A DNA stretch of 64,000 nt from positions 46,128,001 to 46,192,000 of the forward strand of contig NC_092344.1 in NCBI RefSeq assembly GCF_963676685.1, in the 5' to 3' direction. The translations under genes were made by a program, and so were the position numbers. The notes below the pieces were generated by a model. That model was not told the origin of the DNA, searched no databases, and saw nothing but the letters and a program-made list of their open reading frames with translations. Below are positions 22,966-36,438 of this stretch, in pieces; positions within the stretch are counted from its first letter, which is position 1; every line of letters begins with the position of its first letter. Source of the DNA: Mytilus edulis. Taxonomy: Eukaryota.

Positions 22966-24812
22966 GGGGAGACTGGGGTTGAATGTGACACGGGTTGAAT
23001 GAGACAGTGACTGTAAATCTTCCTTTAGAGAAGAAATTATGGCATATTTAGAAAGTTTTCGTGAAGTCTTTTTTCAAATTGCATCGAGATAGAAATGGTT
23101 ATGCCATAGAAGCGTTTTTAAAGATTTTATGAAGTAAATACTGAAAATCTAAGCCGTAAGTATTTTTTACGATGTTCGAAATATTTTTTATAATATTGAT
23201 ATTAATGATACCTTGTAAATAATCAAGATATATAAATGAAGATAAAAATCCGGGGCTCAATGTGTGATATCATATAAAATCCAAGTACAATAAGTTTCTC
23301 CACGCCTGATCGCCACGTGACCAAACTTCATAGGGGCAGGTTGATACAGCACAAACGGGGCAGGTTGTGACAACCTCAGACAAGTATATTGTGAGTCTTT
23401 TCGCCCATTAATTCCAATAAGAATTATTTTCAATCAAAATAAGGGATATACTCAAACAACATCTGACGTAAAACACTTTTGTTTCCGGTGTTTTTGTTTC
23501 AACGTAGGAGAGAACTAGATTGTTCAGTCAAAAAGACGTACAATTGGACAGTGAGGAAAAGTTATGAAATAATGCAACATAAATACAATGTAACACACAA
23601 TGATATTTTCATTTGAGCAGCATCTGCTATATAAAACCTAATCCACAAATGACAATGCAAACCACACTCAGTCACATACCAACGCATCAGTATATCATTT
23701 AACTGCATTATGTATATATGGCATTATATGCATTATGTATATATGGCATTATATGCATTATATATATATACTTAAAAGTCAGCATTTATATGTCCTGTAA
23801 GCTTGTTCATTCATCTTAAACAAAATAATTTTTAAAGGGTAATACCCTTTCAGTCCAAGATTACACAGAAGTATGGTTGTATTAGAGCAGCATCTGCTAG
23901 TTTTTATACTTTTACAATTATGTAATGTAGTTTTATATGACAGCACAAACGGTTCCTTTTTTTTTTTTTTTTTTTTAATCTTCGTTCATATATCTTGATT
24001 ATTTTACAAAGTATTATTTATATTAATAGTATATTTTTTTTTCGAGCATCGTAAAAGATAGCCACTGCTTAGACATTCACTATATGGCATTACCATGTCT
24101 GAAATGTCTCGCCTGCTTTCATTATCATTGGATTTCATTCATATATAGATAAAGGAAGAAGTGGTGTGAGTGCTTCATTCATACACCGAATACAGTAGAC
24201 TATTGCATATTTCTAAGGGCATCTGTGATACGGACATGATAACTGATCCATGAAATGAGTTTGTCGGTTAACACTGTCTGAATGATATGTACACCTTGCA
24301 AGAATCCAATATACAAAATACCAAACATAGAAAATATCATACTAGTAACTAAATATAAGTGCGGTATTTCATATGACAAAACAGTTCCTTGACCATAAAA
24401 ATGAGGTCAAGGACAAAGAATACATGACTGACGGAAAAGCTCTTACCATATCGTATTTCACGACGCGCAATACAAGGTATGACCTATCTAGTAGGTTTTC
24501 CACCTTCTGAAATTGTGACAAAGCATGTACATCTGAACATGTAAACAGGACTACCAGTACTGTATGTATGTCACAACTTACCCCAACCTCTGTCTCAACG
24601 TACCCCGCACACGGGGTAGGTAGTGACATGCGACAACCCCCATTAAATCGTCAGATGTGACTTAAGAAATAGCCCTAGTGGATTCAAATCCTTTTTAAAA
24701 TGTACACGAGATGTTCGTCTAGTTTACTAGGTCTAGTGAGAAAGCTGCGTATAATTGATTTGTATATATAGACAAGAACATAAAAAGTGTCTCATTCAAC
24801 CCCGGTCTCCCC
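22966..24812. mobile_element. Non-autonomous TA-flanked DNA transposon (Tc1/mariner-pogo-like)
   Basis: TIRs GGGGAGACTGGGGTTGAATGTGACAC / GTGTCTCATTCAACCCCGGTCTCCCC; TA on both sides (22964-22965, 24813-24814); no transposase ORF. Confidence 0.75.
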
Positions 24813-27800
24813 TATATTTGAGAATTAAAAGTTGAAAAAAAAGATTAAAACATAAAAATGTAATTGTATTTATTTTTGTATTTTCTCATTTAAAAAATAT
24901 CATGTAAGTTACACAGACGCTGTTCCTTATTAATTAATCTAGCTCAACACAATACACATTAGCTCGTTTTTCTCTAATTATTGTTTTCTTCAAATTTATT
25001 TATCATATATTGAGTTTCAAAAATTGATTTTTAACTGCTGAAAATATGATTTTTGTGAGGTCATGTTAAGTCCCAGGAAATTGTTAGAATGCAGGATTTT
25101 TCACGTTTAACACCAAGCAAGCAACTATTAATATTGTCTGTCATGTCTGTTTTATGATGTAGTTTTTGCATAACACTATTTTTATCACTGGCAGGATATT
25201 TAAACCATAGATTTTACACAGATTTGAAAATCAACTTTTTTATAAATATTTTAGAAAAAAAAAATATATTTAATAATGTATTTACAAATGTGTTTTCATG
25301 CTTTTAATTAATATTATAAAGTTATTATGATAAATTATTTATTTATGAAAATCTTTTATTTTTGATTGTACTGTATTTTTATAAATGCTTGATATTGTGA
25401 TAAAATTATTTTAAATTATTTTTAAGCTTTTTCATTCTCTACTAATCACATCAATGAACAGTTTTATTCAGTGCCGGTCAAATAGCCACTGCCTTCTCAA
25501 TATCCTTGATTGGTGGTCGTTGCGTACCCCGAAAATGGGAAAGAGGGAAGGTCTGTCAATTTATGGTTATTAAACGTCCTCTATCGTGTTGTTTTTTATT
25601 TGAAATAATAAACTAATGCAGGAGGTTTTCTTTAGTTGTACTTTTCCGTGTATGACTCGTGTATAATCTATTAAAATGTGTTCATTTTCCAGAAAATGTA
25701 CACTTTGAAATAAGAATGTAAGCATTTGGATACATTATGAATGTATAAATTAATGAATCTTTATTTCCTCCATGTATACATATGAAGATTTGGATACAAA
25801 AAAAGAAAACAAGTAATTAAAAAGTAGCTCTGTATTAATGAGAACAGTTACACAATTTATATGATAAACCGTTTACTGGCTGAATGCTAGACTGAAATAG
25901 CATTTGCACAAACATGTATATTAAAAAGTTCTATCAACACCAGCGCTCTGGACTGACACTCTACATGTATACCACAGGACTGGCTAAATGCAAAAGTCTT
26001 GTCTGTGCACCAAAAAGGGGGACACCCGTACGAAAACTATGGACTTTCAATCAGTGTATGGGTTGAAGTACTATATTTAGTCTTAGATGCAAGATTTTTT
26101 TATTAGTTGTTAGTGGCTTTGAACTAGTGTCAATTAACTGCGAGTACTATCAGATCTGTTCCTAGTGTCTTTTTGTTGTTGGGATGTTCAAGTACCCGGC
26201 CACGTTCACTTGTATATTTTTGTCCATCTGATGAGTTAAGCCTTTATCAAAGAACATTGATTTTTATAGTTCGTTCTGATGTTGTACTGTTATAACACTG
26301 TCCTAGGTTAGGGGAGGGTTAGGACCCCGCTAACATTTTTAACCCCGCCACATTATGTATGTATGTGCCTGCTGTCCCAAGTCAGGAGCCTGTAATTTGC
26401 GAGTGGTTGTCGTTTGTTTATGGTTACATATTTGTTTTTCTATAAATAAGGCCGTTTGTTTTCTCGTTTGAATTGTTTTACATTGTCATTTCGGGGCTTT
26501 TTATAGCTGACTATGCGGTATGGGCTTTGTTCATTGGTGAAGGCCGTTCGGTGACCTATAAAGGCAACAGTAGTTTACCGCTGTTAGAAATTCATAAATC
26601 GATTGAAAAAAACAACAAATCCGGGTTACAAACTAAAACTGAGGGAAACGCATGAAATATAAGAGGAAAACTACGACACAACAGAAACACAACATTAAAA
26701 TTTAACACACACAGAAACGAACTATAATATAACAATGGCCATTTTCCTGACTTGGTACAGGACATTTTAAGAAAAAAAATGGTGGGTTGAACCTGATTTT
26801 GTGGCATGCCAAACCTCACACTTTATTGCAATGTTAAATATAACATTGAAATGACAACATTACATGACAGGATAACAATACAAATAAATGGGAGAAAATA
26901 TAGGACAGAGAAACACACGAATAATAGCTAACAAAAGGTATCAGGTTTAAAATGTAATACCCAGACGTGCGTTTAGTTGTTAATTTCTGTGTCATTTTGG
27001 TCTTTTGTAGAGAGTTGTCTCATTGTCAATCATACCACATCTTCTTTTTTATACATAGTATAGCTGCATTTTTTCTCGATAGACAATTTTATTGGTTAGC
27101 AGTTTAATTCAAATGCACAAGTCTTCAAGTATTTGTATAATTGATTATTCTGCAAGTTTGAAAAAAATGAATTCTTATACATGTTATTAGGTCTCGACTG
27201 CTTTACTTTGTGTTAACATTCATATAAGCTTTTCATCTATAAATGTATCTCAGTAATATACTATGTCTCACGGTTTATGGGTGGACTAATTAAAGATTCG
27301 TCTAGATTCCATTTAATTGATAAATTCTACAGCATTGTATCGTTACCTTAATGGACGATATTTTTCCGTTATTAATCAACAATTCTTCCAATTCTTTCAA
27401 TGTCATGTCTAATTTTACCCATAGATATATTGCCTATATTGTATTTAGGATTTACCCAAGGGACGTTACTTGATATAATATACATAATACATACAGCTAT
27501 AGCTTTCCTTTCGTAGATTTATGTATTTTGGTTATTAACCTGAAACTCTGTACCAAAAAAAAAAACCTCCAAAACTAATGGTACGGGTTTTTGTTCTTTA
27601 TGGTTAGTATTCCTTTCTGAACGATGATGTTCTTTGAATAAGACATTTGAATATTGATCTAATGTATTACAATTCTTAATTTTGTTTAATTGATAAACTT
27701 AAATATAACTAAATATATATGTGTATTCATCTACAGTAATGAACACTTACGGTTCTATATCCTGACTACTGATTTTTTTTTAAAGTGATTCGTCAAAACC

Positions 27801-29601
27801 AGTCGATTATCTTATAGTGTAAAAGAAAGTGTAAATTTTATTGTCGTGCACAAAACATTATCTTTGACGTCATTTGGCACTAATTTTAACTTATTCGTCA
27901 TGAAGGTATACCCCCATAACGACCCTCGTTATTGGGAGTACTCTTAGATCTTTCTTTTTGTATATTGTCTTTTTATTAGTTGTTCTTTGTGCATGTTCTT
28001 TTGCTGTATCGCAAATATGTTAAACACCGCCACATTTCGTATGTGTCTGTCCCAAGTCAGGAGACATTCAGTGGTTGCCATTGCTTGATTGCTTTCTATC
28101 ACATTTATTATTCATTTTTTTTTTGTGTTATTAAATCATGTTTTGGTTTTTCTCATTGGATTTTTTTTTTTATTTTGTCATGCCTTTGTTTATATCGTTC
28201 TTTACCGTTAGCTTTCAGTTTCTCCATTTTTAAGACCGTACGATGACCTAAAGTGGCTTATATCCGCGGTGATTTTGTCTCATGTAGAGTAAATTTGTCT
28301 CATTTGCAATCTTCGCTCAAACCGGTACTAGGTACCGTCGTAATTTTGCAGTTAGGTGAGAGGATTTGTTTCTGTTCCGTCAGTGTGACTTTGAGATGAA
28401 GAACAGCAATACACGCTGATCCTTTACTTTTTATTTTTTGTTGTGACAGTGTATATACTTTTGTTGTGTTATTGATGGATACTCATATCCTTTCCTTTCC
28501 TTTCTATGACATCATGTCTTCTTATTTGTAGATCTAGATAGATTATTCCTAAATCAGAATAAAGTTACTTAATTCATAATCCGCGATAAAAATGTTCACT
28601 ACATACATTTAACGTAGACTTTGATGATTGCAACTATCACATTGAACTTGAAATAAAGGATATCAATAATATTGGAAGGTCTGCTACACACTCAAAAAAT
28701 TGATAGCGATATTCAGTTGAGTGCTTAAAGATAAATGCAAGGAAGAACATCTTCCAGTTGTTAGATCTTGATAGGAATACAAGTCCGTCGCTTTGCTGAT
28801 GAATGTCTCGTAAAAAAACAACATTGGGGGACTTAACCTTCAACACCAAGAAGATCTTAAACATCTTGAAACATGGACAATTTCTTGGGGCGTGTCACTG
28901 TTCAAGTAGAACGCATAAAAGAAGAGGCATTTGTTCACCGCTTACTGTAATGGAGAACGGTGACTATCCAATGGCCACTGAATAAGCTTGAGCTCACATC
29001 ATGGATTAACAAGAATGTGGCCAAAAACACGGATGCCCCACTCACACTATAATTTTCCAAGTTCAGTTGACCATGCTATTTGAGTCAAAACTTTACTTTG
29101 GCATTAAAATTAGACAGGTCATATCATAGGGAACACGTGTACTAAGTTTCAAGTTGATTGGACTTCAACTTCATCAAAAACTACCTTGACCAAAAACCTA
29201 AAGCGGGACAGACGGACGGAAGGACGGACGAACGGACGAACGGACGGACGAACGAACAAACGCACGGACGGACGGACGACCGAACGGTATAAAGGACGAA
29301 CGAACGGACCGACGAACTCATGATCTCACCAAACCCAAAACAAAAACACGAACATAAGACAACAACTAAATCACGCGAGACTCTATAGTGAACAATCCTA
29401 TTAAAATTTATTCAATGGCTACATAAACATTAAATATTGATGCCATAGTTACTTTTCATCGCTACTTGTATTCTTGTATTTATGCGTAGGGTGAAATCTA
29501 TTTCCACACCGGCAGTACTTATGGCCGTTCTATAACTTGTCTGCATTAGGTCGTCTTGGTTGTGCGTGACGATCCTTCGCAGTTACACTCTTTGCTTTTA
29601 A

Positions 29602-30340
29602 GGTTTATGTACCCTTCTGTAGCCATTTTTGTACGAACTTTTCAAACTTCAATTGTATCAAAACTACAGATATAATGAATAATAGAGATAGGCCATTTTG
29701 TACCTATTCCAAGGGGAAACTTGATGCAAAGCATTATTTTTTACTGTTCCATTGCATTTAATAGAAAAAGAGGACTTTGTGTCAAATAAATCAAGATTTT
29801 TATAGAAAATCCACAGCCTTTATCCTTGTACTCTCATATTTGGCAATTTGATGACTGATAGATATAGGATTATTGCATGCAGTGCTAGCATTGATTTCCT
29901 TAAAATAAGTTTATAAATGTAGTTATTGGTTAAGACAAGTATAAATATGGCCAAAATCAAGTACACCTTTTAGGGTGCGCTCGACTTTAGTGACTCAGCA
30001 CGAGGTGTTTTGGAATTTACAGGTTACTTAGAACTTTTTGTAAAAAATAAACACTAGCACATCATAGAAAATCAAGTGAGTAATTTATGTTTCAAATTTT
30101 ATAACAAAAATCTCTGTATTAAAGGCTGTGGATTTTCTATAAAAATCTTGATTTATTTGCCACAAAGTCCTCTTTTTCTATCAAATGCAATGAAACAGTA
30201 AAAAATAATGCTGTGCATCAAGTTTCCCCTTGGAACATGTACTAAATGGCCTATCTCTATTATTTATTATATCTTTAGTTTTGATACAATTGAGGTTCGA
30301 AAAATTCGTAAAAAAATGGCTACAGAAGGGTACATAAACC
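29602..30340. mobile_element. Kolobok-type fold-back MITE with ~220-bp TIRs
   Basis: TTAA|GGTTTATGTACCCTTCTGTAGCCATTTTT ... AAAAATGGCTACAGAAGGGTACATAAACC|TTAA; arms ~29602-29822 and ~30121-30340. Confidence 0.8.
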
Positions 30341-30987
30341 TTAACCTTCTTAGCAGCTTCTTGAAGTGATAACGAGGTCTTGATAATCCATAACGGTTCT
30401 TAAAGAAATTTTGGAAAATATTTTCCAAAGTTGAAATGTTGCCATTCAAGCGTAATAACAAATCGATAAGTAGGTATATAAAATGTGTGTACTATAGTTG
30501 TGACTAGTGAGTAAAATCAAATTCGTGAAATTGCTTATTTTTATTTAGTTAATCTTTTTATCTTTATAATATGATAGAATGACCTTTGGTATCGTCTTTT
30601 TAATGACGTTTCAACTAAAAGGGTCATATCTTATGAAGAGAATTAATTATAAACTATAAACAAACGTTTAATCCCGCTGCAAATGTTTGCACCTGTCCTA
30701 AGTCAGGAATCTGATGTACAATAGTTGCCGTTTGTTTATGTAATTTATACGTGTTTCTCGTTTCTCGTTTTTTTATATTGATTAGACCGTTGGTTTTCCC
30801 GTTTGAATGGTTTTACACTAGTAATTTTGGGGCCCTTTATAGCTTGTTGGTCGGTGTGAGCCAAGGCTCCGTGTTGAAGGCCGTACATTGACCTATAATG
30901 GTTTACTTTTTTAAAATTGTTATTTGGATGGAGAGTTGTATCATTGGCACTCACACCACATCGTCAAGGCCTATATCTAATTTATTA

Positions 30988-31086
30988 CCCCGACCAGACG
31001 CGTACGGTCGGACCATACGCGTATGGTCGGACCATATGAGTATATACCCATATGATCCAAATACTCATATGGTCCGGAACATATAC
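30988..31086. repeat. Cluster of short palindromes, probably a DNA-transposon terminus fragment
   Basis: gaccatacgcgtatggtc and ggaccatatgagtat...atactcatatggtcc; starts with CCC; no partner end found. Confidence 0.45.
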
Positions 31087-33751
31087 ACTGGAAACACTAT
31101 AATACATTTCTATATATAACTATATAACGAAAATCATATATTTATTTATAAAGCATATATTTCTATATTATTGGATTATCTGAGTTGCTTTTCCATATAA
31201 AGCAAAGTTTTTTTTTTTTTTTATTTCTAAACAGAAAAAAATGTTCTTTTCCGAATAGTGCCAACTTGGGTAGATGTGGCGATAATTAGGAGTAAAACAG
31301 TGGGAATGCGGGGTAAAGGGGAAGTGGGTGAGGTTCTGTTGAAAGAGGAAGGGGAAAAGTCGGAAATAGTGTTGAAATTACACAAATGTGAAAATTGAGA
31401 AATATTTAGCATGCTGCATCAACGTATAAAGCCCCTCCCCTCCCCCTCAAATTTTTGGAGTCCGTTCCAAAAAAAATCTCACAATTAACTGTTAAATTTT
31501 TTTTTACCTTTATCTTCAAATAAGCGACTTAATCTGCTATTATAATGCCAAAAAAAATGATTCAAACACATTCAAAACGCCAAAATTTATCGGAAACTTA
31601 AAAATTTTGTCTTATGTGTTACTCGTTAAAAATGAAATGCACACTTTATTTAAGGATAAGTGCTTGCAAGTTCGCAGAAAAAGGGTTTAAAGTTTTTTAA
31701 TCATGAATTGAAATATAAGCAAGATGCAGATACTGGTTTATTAATTGTAGCCTGTGTCGATATGAATAAACCATATTTTTATTCTTTATTTTTATATGTA
31801 AATTTCATTTCTTCGAACCTGTCGGAAACAACTCTAACCATAGACTGGGATCCCGCTATATATAATCACCTTGTTCTATATATAGACAGGTGGAGACCAA
31901 CGCCATTTTAGTTCTTTTTTGAACTATTTAATGCGCAACCAGTCGCGCAGGAGATTCCGGATGTTTCATAGGAATTTCCTTATTATGAATACAGCTGAAT
32001 GGAAGAACGTCTGCTACAATAAAGATCGATAAGCGCATTTAAATGGTATTCTCAAAAAATAATTGAATGTATATAACATGTAAAAATATTTATTATAAAT
32101 ATAATTACCAAAACAAAAAGAAAGATCTACCCAAAAAATGAGGATTTAGATATTTTATTTTTATTTTTGGCAATAGCTATTTTTGCAGTACTGTCAGATC
32201 ACAGCCAAAGGAGTTCAAACTACATGTGCACTAATTAAAATTTAACAACTGCTGTGATTTAAGCCGTCAAAATAGCATTTTTCTATAGAAATGGCTATTT
32301 TCATTTATCTGCACCAGCAATGACAGCAATATATGACCCCCCCCCCCCCCATATATATAGACTATAGTGACTTGACTTGTTATTGTGCTGATGGAAAGTT
32401 TAATATCTATGAAAATGTGCAGTCAACATAAAAGAATCAAATACTTACTGATATAACAGTATTAAAATAAGAAAACAGCCAACAATATTTGAAATACATA
32501 TAATTGTTTGAAAATTTTAAACATCTATTGGTCAAAGTGAAAACATTAGTTCACCTCAGTATAAAAGCAACAGGGCATACAAATCTTTGGACCATCACTA
32601 GGATATTTAGTCGGGGAACATTTCTTTACTGAGAATTTAAACAAAATAGAAAAGTACAAAGAAGGGCTGTAAGATTTGTCACAAACCAATACACAGATAC
32701 AAATGTACACCTCAAGCGTTATAGTGACATAAAAAAAAACACACATTGTATGCATGCCTGGTCATGTTTTATAAAATCATATATTATCTCATTGCAATCA
32801 CAACAACAGACTAGTTCACCTGTTAGACAGTCCGGGAACATGCACACACTCTTACTATCAGATTCCATCCAGCAGAACACAAATAAGGCAATAATCATTT
32901 TTTAAATTATAGGCCATATTAATTTAAAGGATAAAAATGAAGATGTGGTATGATTGCCAACTCTCCACAAAAGACCAAATGACTCAGAAATTAACAACTA
33001 ACAAAGAAACAAAACAAAATTACCAATATTTAACAAAAAATAAACAAGTCACAACAAACATTTTCAAATTCAATTTATAAAAGATGACATACATGTAGAC
33101 TCCTTTGTAGAAAGCAGTATAATATCATATATAATATTATAAGTTGTTTTCATCTCTAACAAACTAACAAGGTGATCATTGGACATTTTTTTTCCATCTT
33201 AAATATAATACTGTCTTCTTTAAGATTTCATCAATTTCCCAGCTAGCTACTTTCTTCAATTTTATAAATTTATCTTCGTTATGGTAAACAACATTTTGAC
33301 CTGTGTTTCCCAGTATTTTGATTTAAAGAAATGATGAAACTTTCACCAAAACCAAATAATTGGAACATTCAAGTAAACATAGACTATCCAATACATGTAA
33401 AATGTACTAGTAATCTTCTCTTGGTTAGACAATGTAGAAAGTTTTCTTTTTAACTTATTTTTTTAATTAAGTTATGTCATTAAACTATAGACTGTTCTAA
33501 ACAAAAACAAAATTAAATGTTTTTTTCTGATATCAAATTTAATTCCCTGTACACTAGACAACATAATGGAAATAACTCTATTCATAGCTACCTATTTCTA
33601 CTACTGTGTTGCCTGTATTTATCTCATATTTATTTATATTATATATTTATACGAATTTATTGGTATTTAAACTAGAACAATTAACTCACAAACTTTTTGT
33701 GACTTCATAGGGTTGTAAAAGTGTTGACAGTGCGCACATTTTTAGAATTAA

Positions 33752-34171
33752 GGGTACAAAAATTTCAGCAAAAAATAGCTCCAAATTATCTCCCTTTGGT
33801 GCAAACATGCTACTTTTTGGCATCAAATTTGAAATAACTTTTTTTGATCATCGGTGACCTATATTTTTTTATCATTGTTTTCAAATAAGCTAAACATTAA
33901 CTAAATAATTGTAAAATTAAAGTGATTTCTGTAATTAAGTTCTTTTTTTTATCTCAATAGTACCTCTTTTTCTCCTATTTAGTTCAACAACAACAAAAGT
34001 AGTTTTACACAAATGTATGCTTCTTCCAAAGGCAGATTGTGAGCCTAAATGATAGGTGACCATTCTTTTTTATTTTATTTTTCTATTAGGCATAAGATAA
34101 AGTTCATTTTTAGAAAAATTAGCGAAATCTTATATTAAATTAAAAAAAAAGATTTAGACCTGCGAGCCCCC
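33752..34171. mobile_element. TTAA-flanked Kolobok-like non-autonomous insert nested in a hairpin repeat inside the large transposon
   Basis: TTAA at 33748-33751 and 34172-34175; GGG.../...GAGCCCCC ends; host-repeat arms cttcatagggttgtaaaagtgttgac / gtcaacgcttttacacccaatgaag are split by it. Confidence 0.5.
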
Positions 34172-34373
34172 TTAAGTGCTTTCGCACTTTATACAAAATG
34201 AACTTCCGTCAACGCTTTTACACCCAATGAAGTTTCAAAAAGAAGCATTCCATTCTTGAATAAGGAACTAATTTCTTTTTAAATGCTCAATGGTCATGAC
34301 CGTAATAAATTCAAAGATATTTTTTTGTTACAGATAGAAAGCTAACATCAAGCAGAAAATCGAACAACTATAT

Positions 34374-34638
34374 AGACAAGATGGAACACTATTAAGTTAA
34401 TAGTTACTAGACAGACAAGATGGAACACTATTAAGTTAATAGTTACTAGACAGACAAGATGGAACACTATTAAGTTAATAGTTACTAGACAGACAAGATG
34501 GAACACTATTAAGTTAATAGTTACTAGACAGACAAGATGGAACACTATTAAGTTAATAGTTACTAGACAGACAAGATGGAACACTATTAAGTTAATAGTT
34601 ACTAGACAGACAAGATGGAACACTATTAAGTTAATAAC
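34374..34638. repeat. 39-bp minisatellite, ~6.8 near-identical copies
   Basis: Unit acagacaagatggaacactattaagttaatagttactag; explains the 13-aa repeat of ORF 34348-34674. Confidence 0.95.
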
Positions 34639-35199
34639 ATATATTAAAGTAAGTAAGAATAGTAATGGTCCCAAAATTTAGTCATTTAAGGTGATTTCTG
34701 GATATTATAGTCTTCAAAATAAGAAGATAGTGTATGATTGCTAATGAAAAAAATATCCCCTAAAGACAATGGAACCATCGTAATCATCAACTCATTATAC
34801 TGGAAAATAAATACACACTTCATGTACAAAATATACTAAAGGCTCTTAAGCTTTGCTGGTTCCAATGTAGAATTATTCAGAGCATTTTAGGATATAATTC
34901 ACTACTTAACCATGTTTACAAGATAAAAATAAAAAGTAGTATCATATGTTCTTTGGCACCGTACAAAAATACTATATTTACCGAACAAAGTCACATAAAG
35001 TATTGCAAAAAAAAAAAGGGAACACATAAACTTAGAAAAATACATTTCATTGAAAAACCCCTCTGTAGAGAAATATAATAAATCTCGAAGATTTAGTGGT
35101 GTCTTCTTAATCTATCATGTCTATCTTGGACTGGTTTATTTTTCTTCCTTGTCTGAACCCTCAACTCTCATTAGAAATAGGATACCTAAAACTTTATTC

Positions 35200-36080
35200 A
35201 TCCAGTAGGTCAATAAAGCAAAAAAAATTATTACATTCATAGTATAAGGGAGATAATTCCTATTGATGTAATAAAAATATGTACTAAATTTTATTGGGAC
35301 AATATCAGCCAATCAAATTACGAAAAATTACTCCAGCATTCAGCCAATTTTTATTAGATATTTTTATTTATAGATGTGAAGAGACTTATGCACAAAGCTG
35401 AACAACGAGACAAAAATGAATTATATATGCAGAATTAGAAATAAAACAAAAAGCAAGGTAAGTTCAATTTGTGACACAGTTTGAACGTCAATAATAAAAA
35501 AGGGACATAATAATGTAAGATATTAAAAAAGGTTTTTGTAATTTGACAAAATTGAACCTTTTTGGCTGCAAAAAGCGAATTGTTATTTCACTATTTCACT
35601 TTCATTATTGATTGAACAAAAAAAATCAAACTTTAGATTTTTTATATATCTCGTAGCTAGTGCCCCTTTAAGCAATTGCATGCAACCGTACAGCATTCAA
35701 CTATGAGAAAAATCCATATACTTATTGTCAGCTATAAAAGACTCCAACATAATAAATCCAGTAGGTCTATAAAGCAAAAAAAAAAATTACGTTCATAGTA
35801 AAAGGGAGATAATTCCTATTGATGTAATAAAAATATGTACTGAATTTTATTTGGACAATATCAGCCAATCAAATTGCGAAAAATAACTCCAGCATTCAGC
35901 CAATTTTTATTTATAGATGTGAAGAGACTTATGCACAAAGCTGAACAACGAGACAAAAATGAATTATATAGGCAGAATTAGAAATTAAACAAAAAGCAAG
36001 GTAAGTTCAATTTGTGACACAGTTTGAACGTCAATAATAAAAAAGCGACATAATAATGTAACATATTAAAAAAGTTTTTT
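35200..36080 (+). repeat. ~330-bp local direct duplication (35200-35538 and 35756-36080)
   Basis: Both copies begin atccagtaggtc and contain the same 84-nt AG|...|GTAAGT-bounded segment. Confidence 0.9.
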
Positions 36081-36438
36081 TTATTGATATTGAATTGATA
36101 CTTGGATACACTAACTTGGGATAGACACAACAATGCAGCGGGTTAAAACATGCTTTTTGAGGTCTCAACCCTCCAATACCTCTAGACAATGTAAAAGAAA
36201 CAAATACATAACAATATGCACAATAAAACTCATCGTAGAAAAAAAAGTACATGTATGTGTCATTGCTTGAGTTTAAAAGCTTTATAGGCTGTGGATGGAT
36301 TCTTATGACTACTTTGTAAATTGCATAACTGTTTTAATTTCATGCAATACAGGCTTTTTACAGTTTAAAGGAAAACTGTATTAAACAATGCATACTTTTA
36401 ATCTTTCCTTTTTATAGTTGATTTCTAATACCAAGAGG

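Noticed and set aside
26229-26260. CTGATGAG as a hammerhead core
   Set aside because: No stem II closed by GAAA follows; it is part of a common interspersed repeat
28590-28990. ORFs 28637-28864 and 28803-28985 as genes
   Set aside because: The region holds only a very decayed Penelope-like ELEIKD fragment; no coherent gene model
33176-33300. Possible terminal exon of a third transposon gene on the minus strand (QNVVYHNEDKFIKLKKVASWEIDEILKK...)
   Set aside because: Only ~41 codons, weak polypyrimidine tract, no upstream exons or recognisable motif
34348-34674. 108-aa hydrophobic repeat ORF, and a possible CRISPR-like array
   Set aside because: Head-to-tail 39-bp minisatellite with no unique spacers; the ORF is a by-product of a unit length divisible by 3
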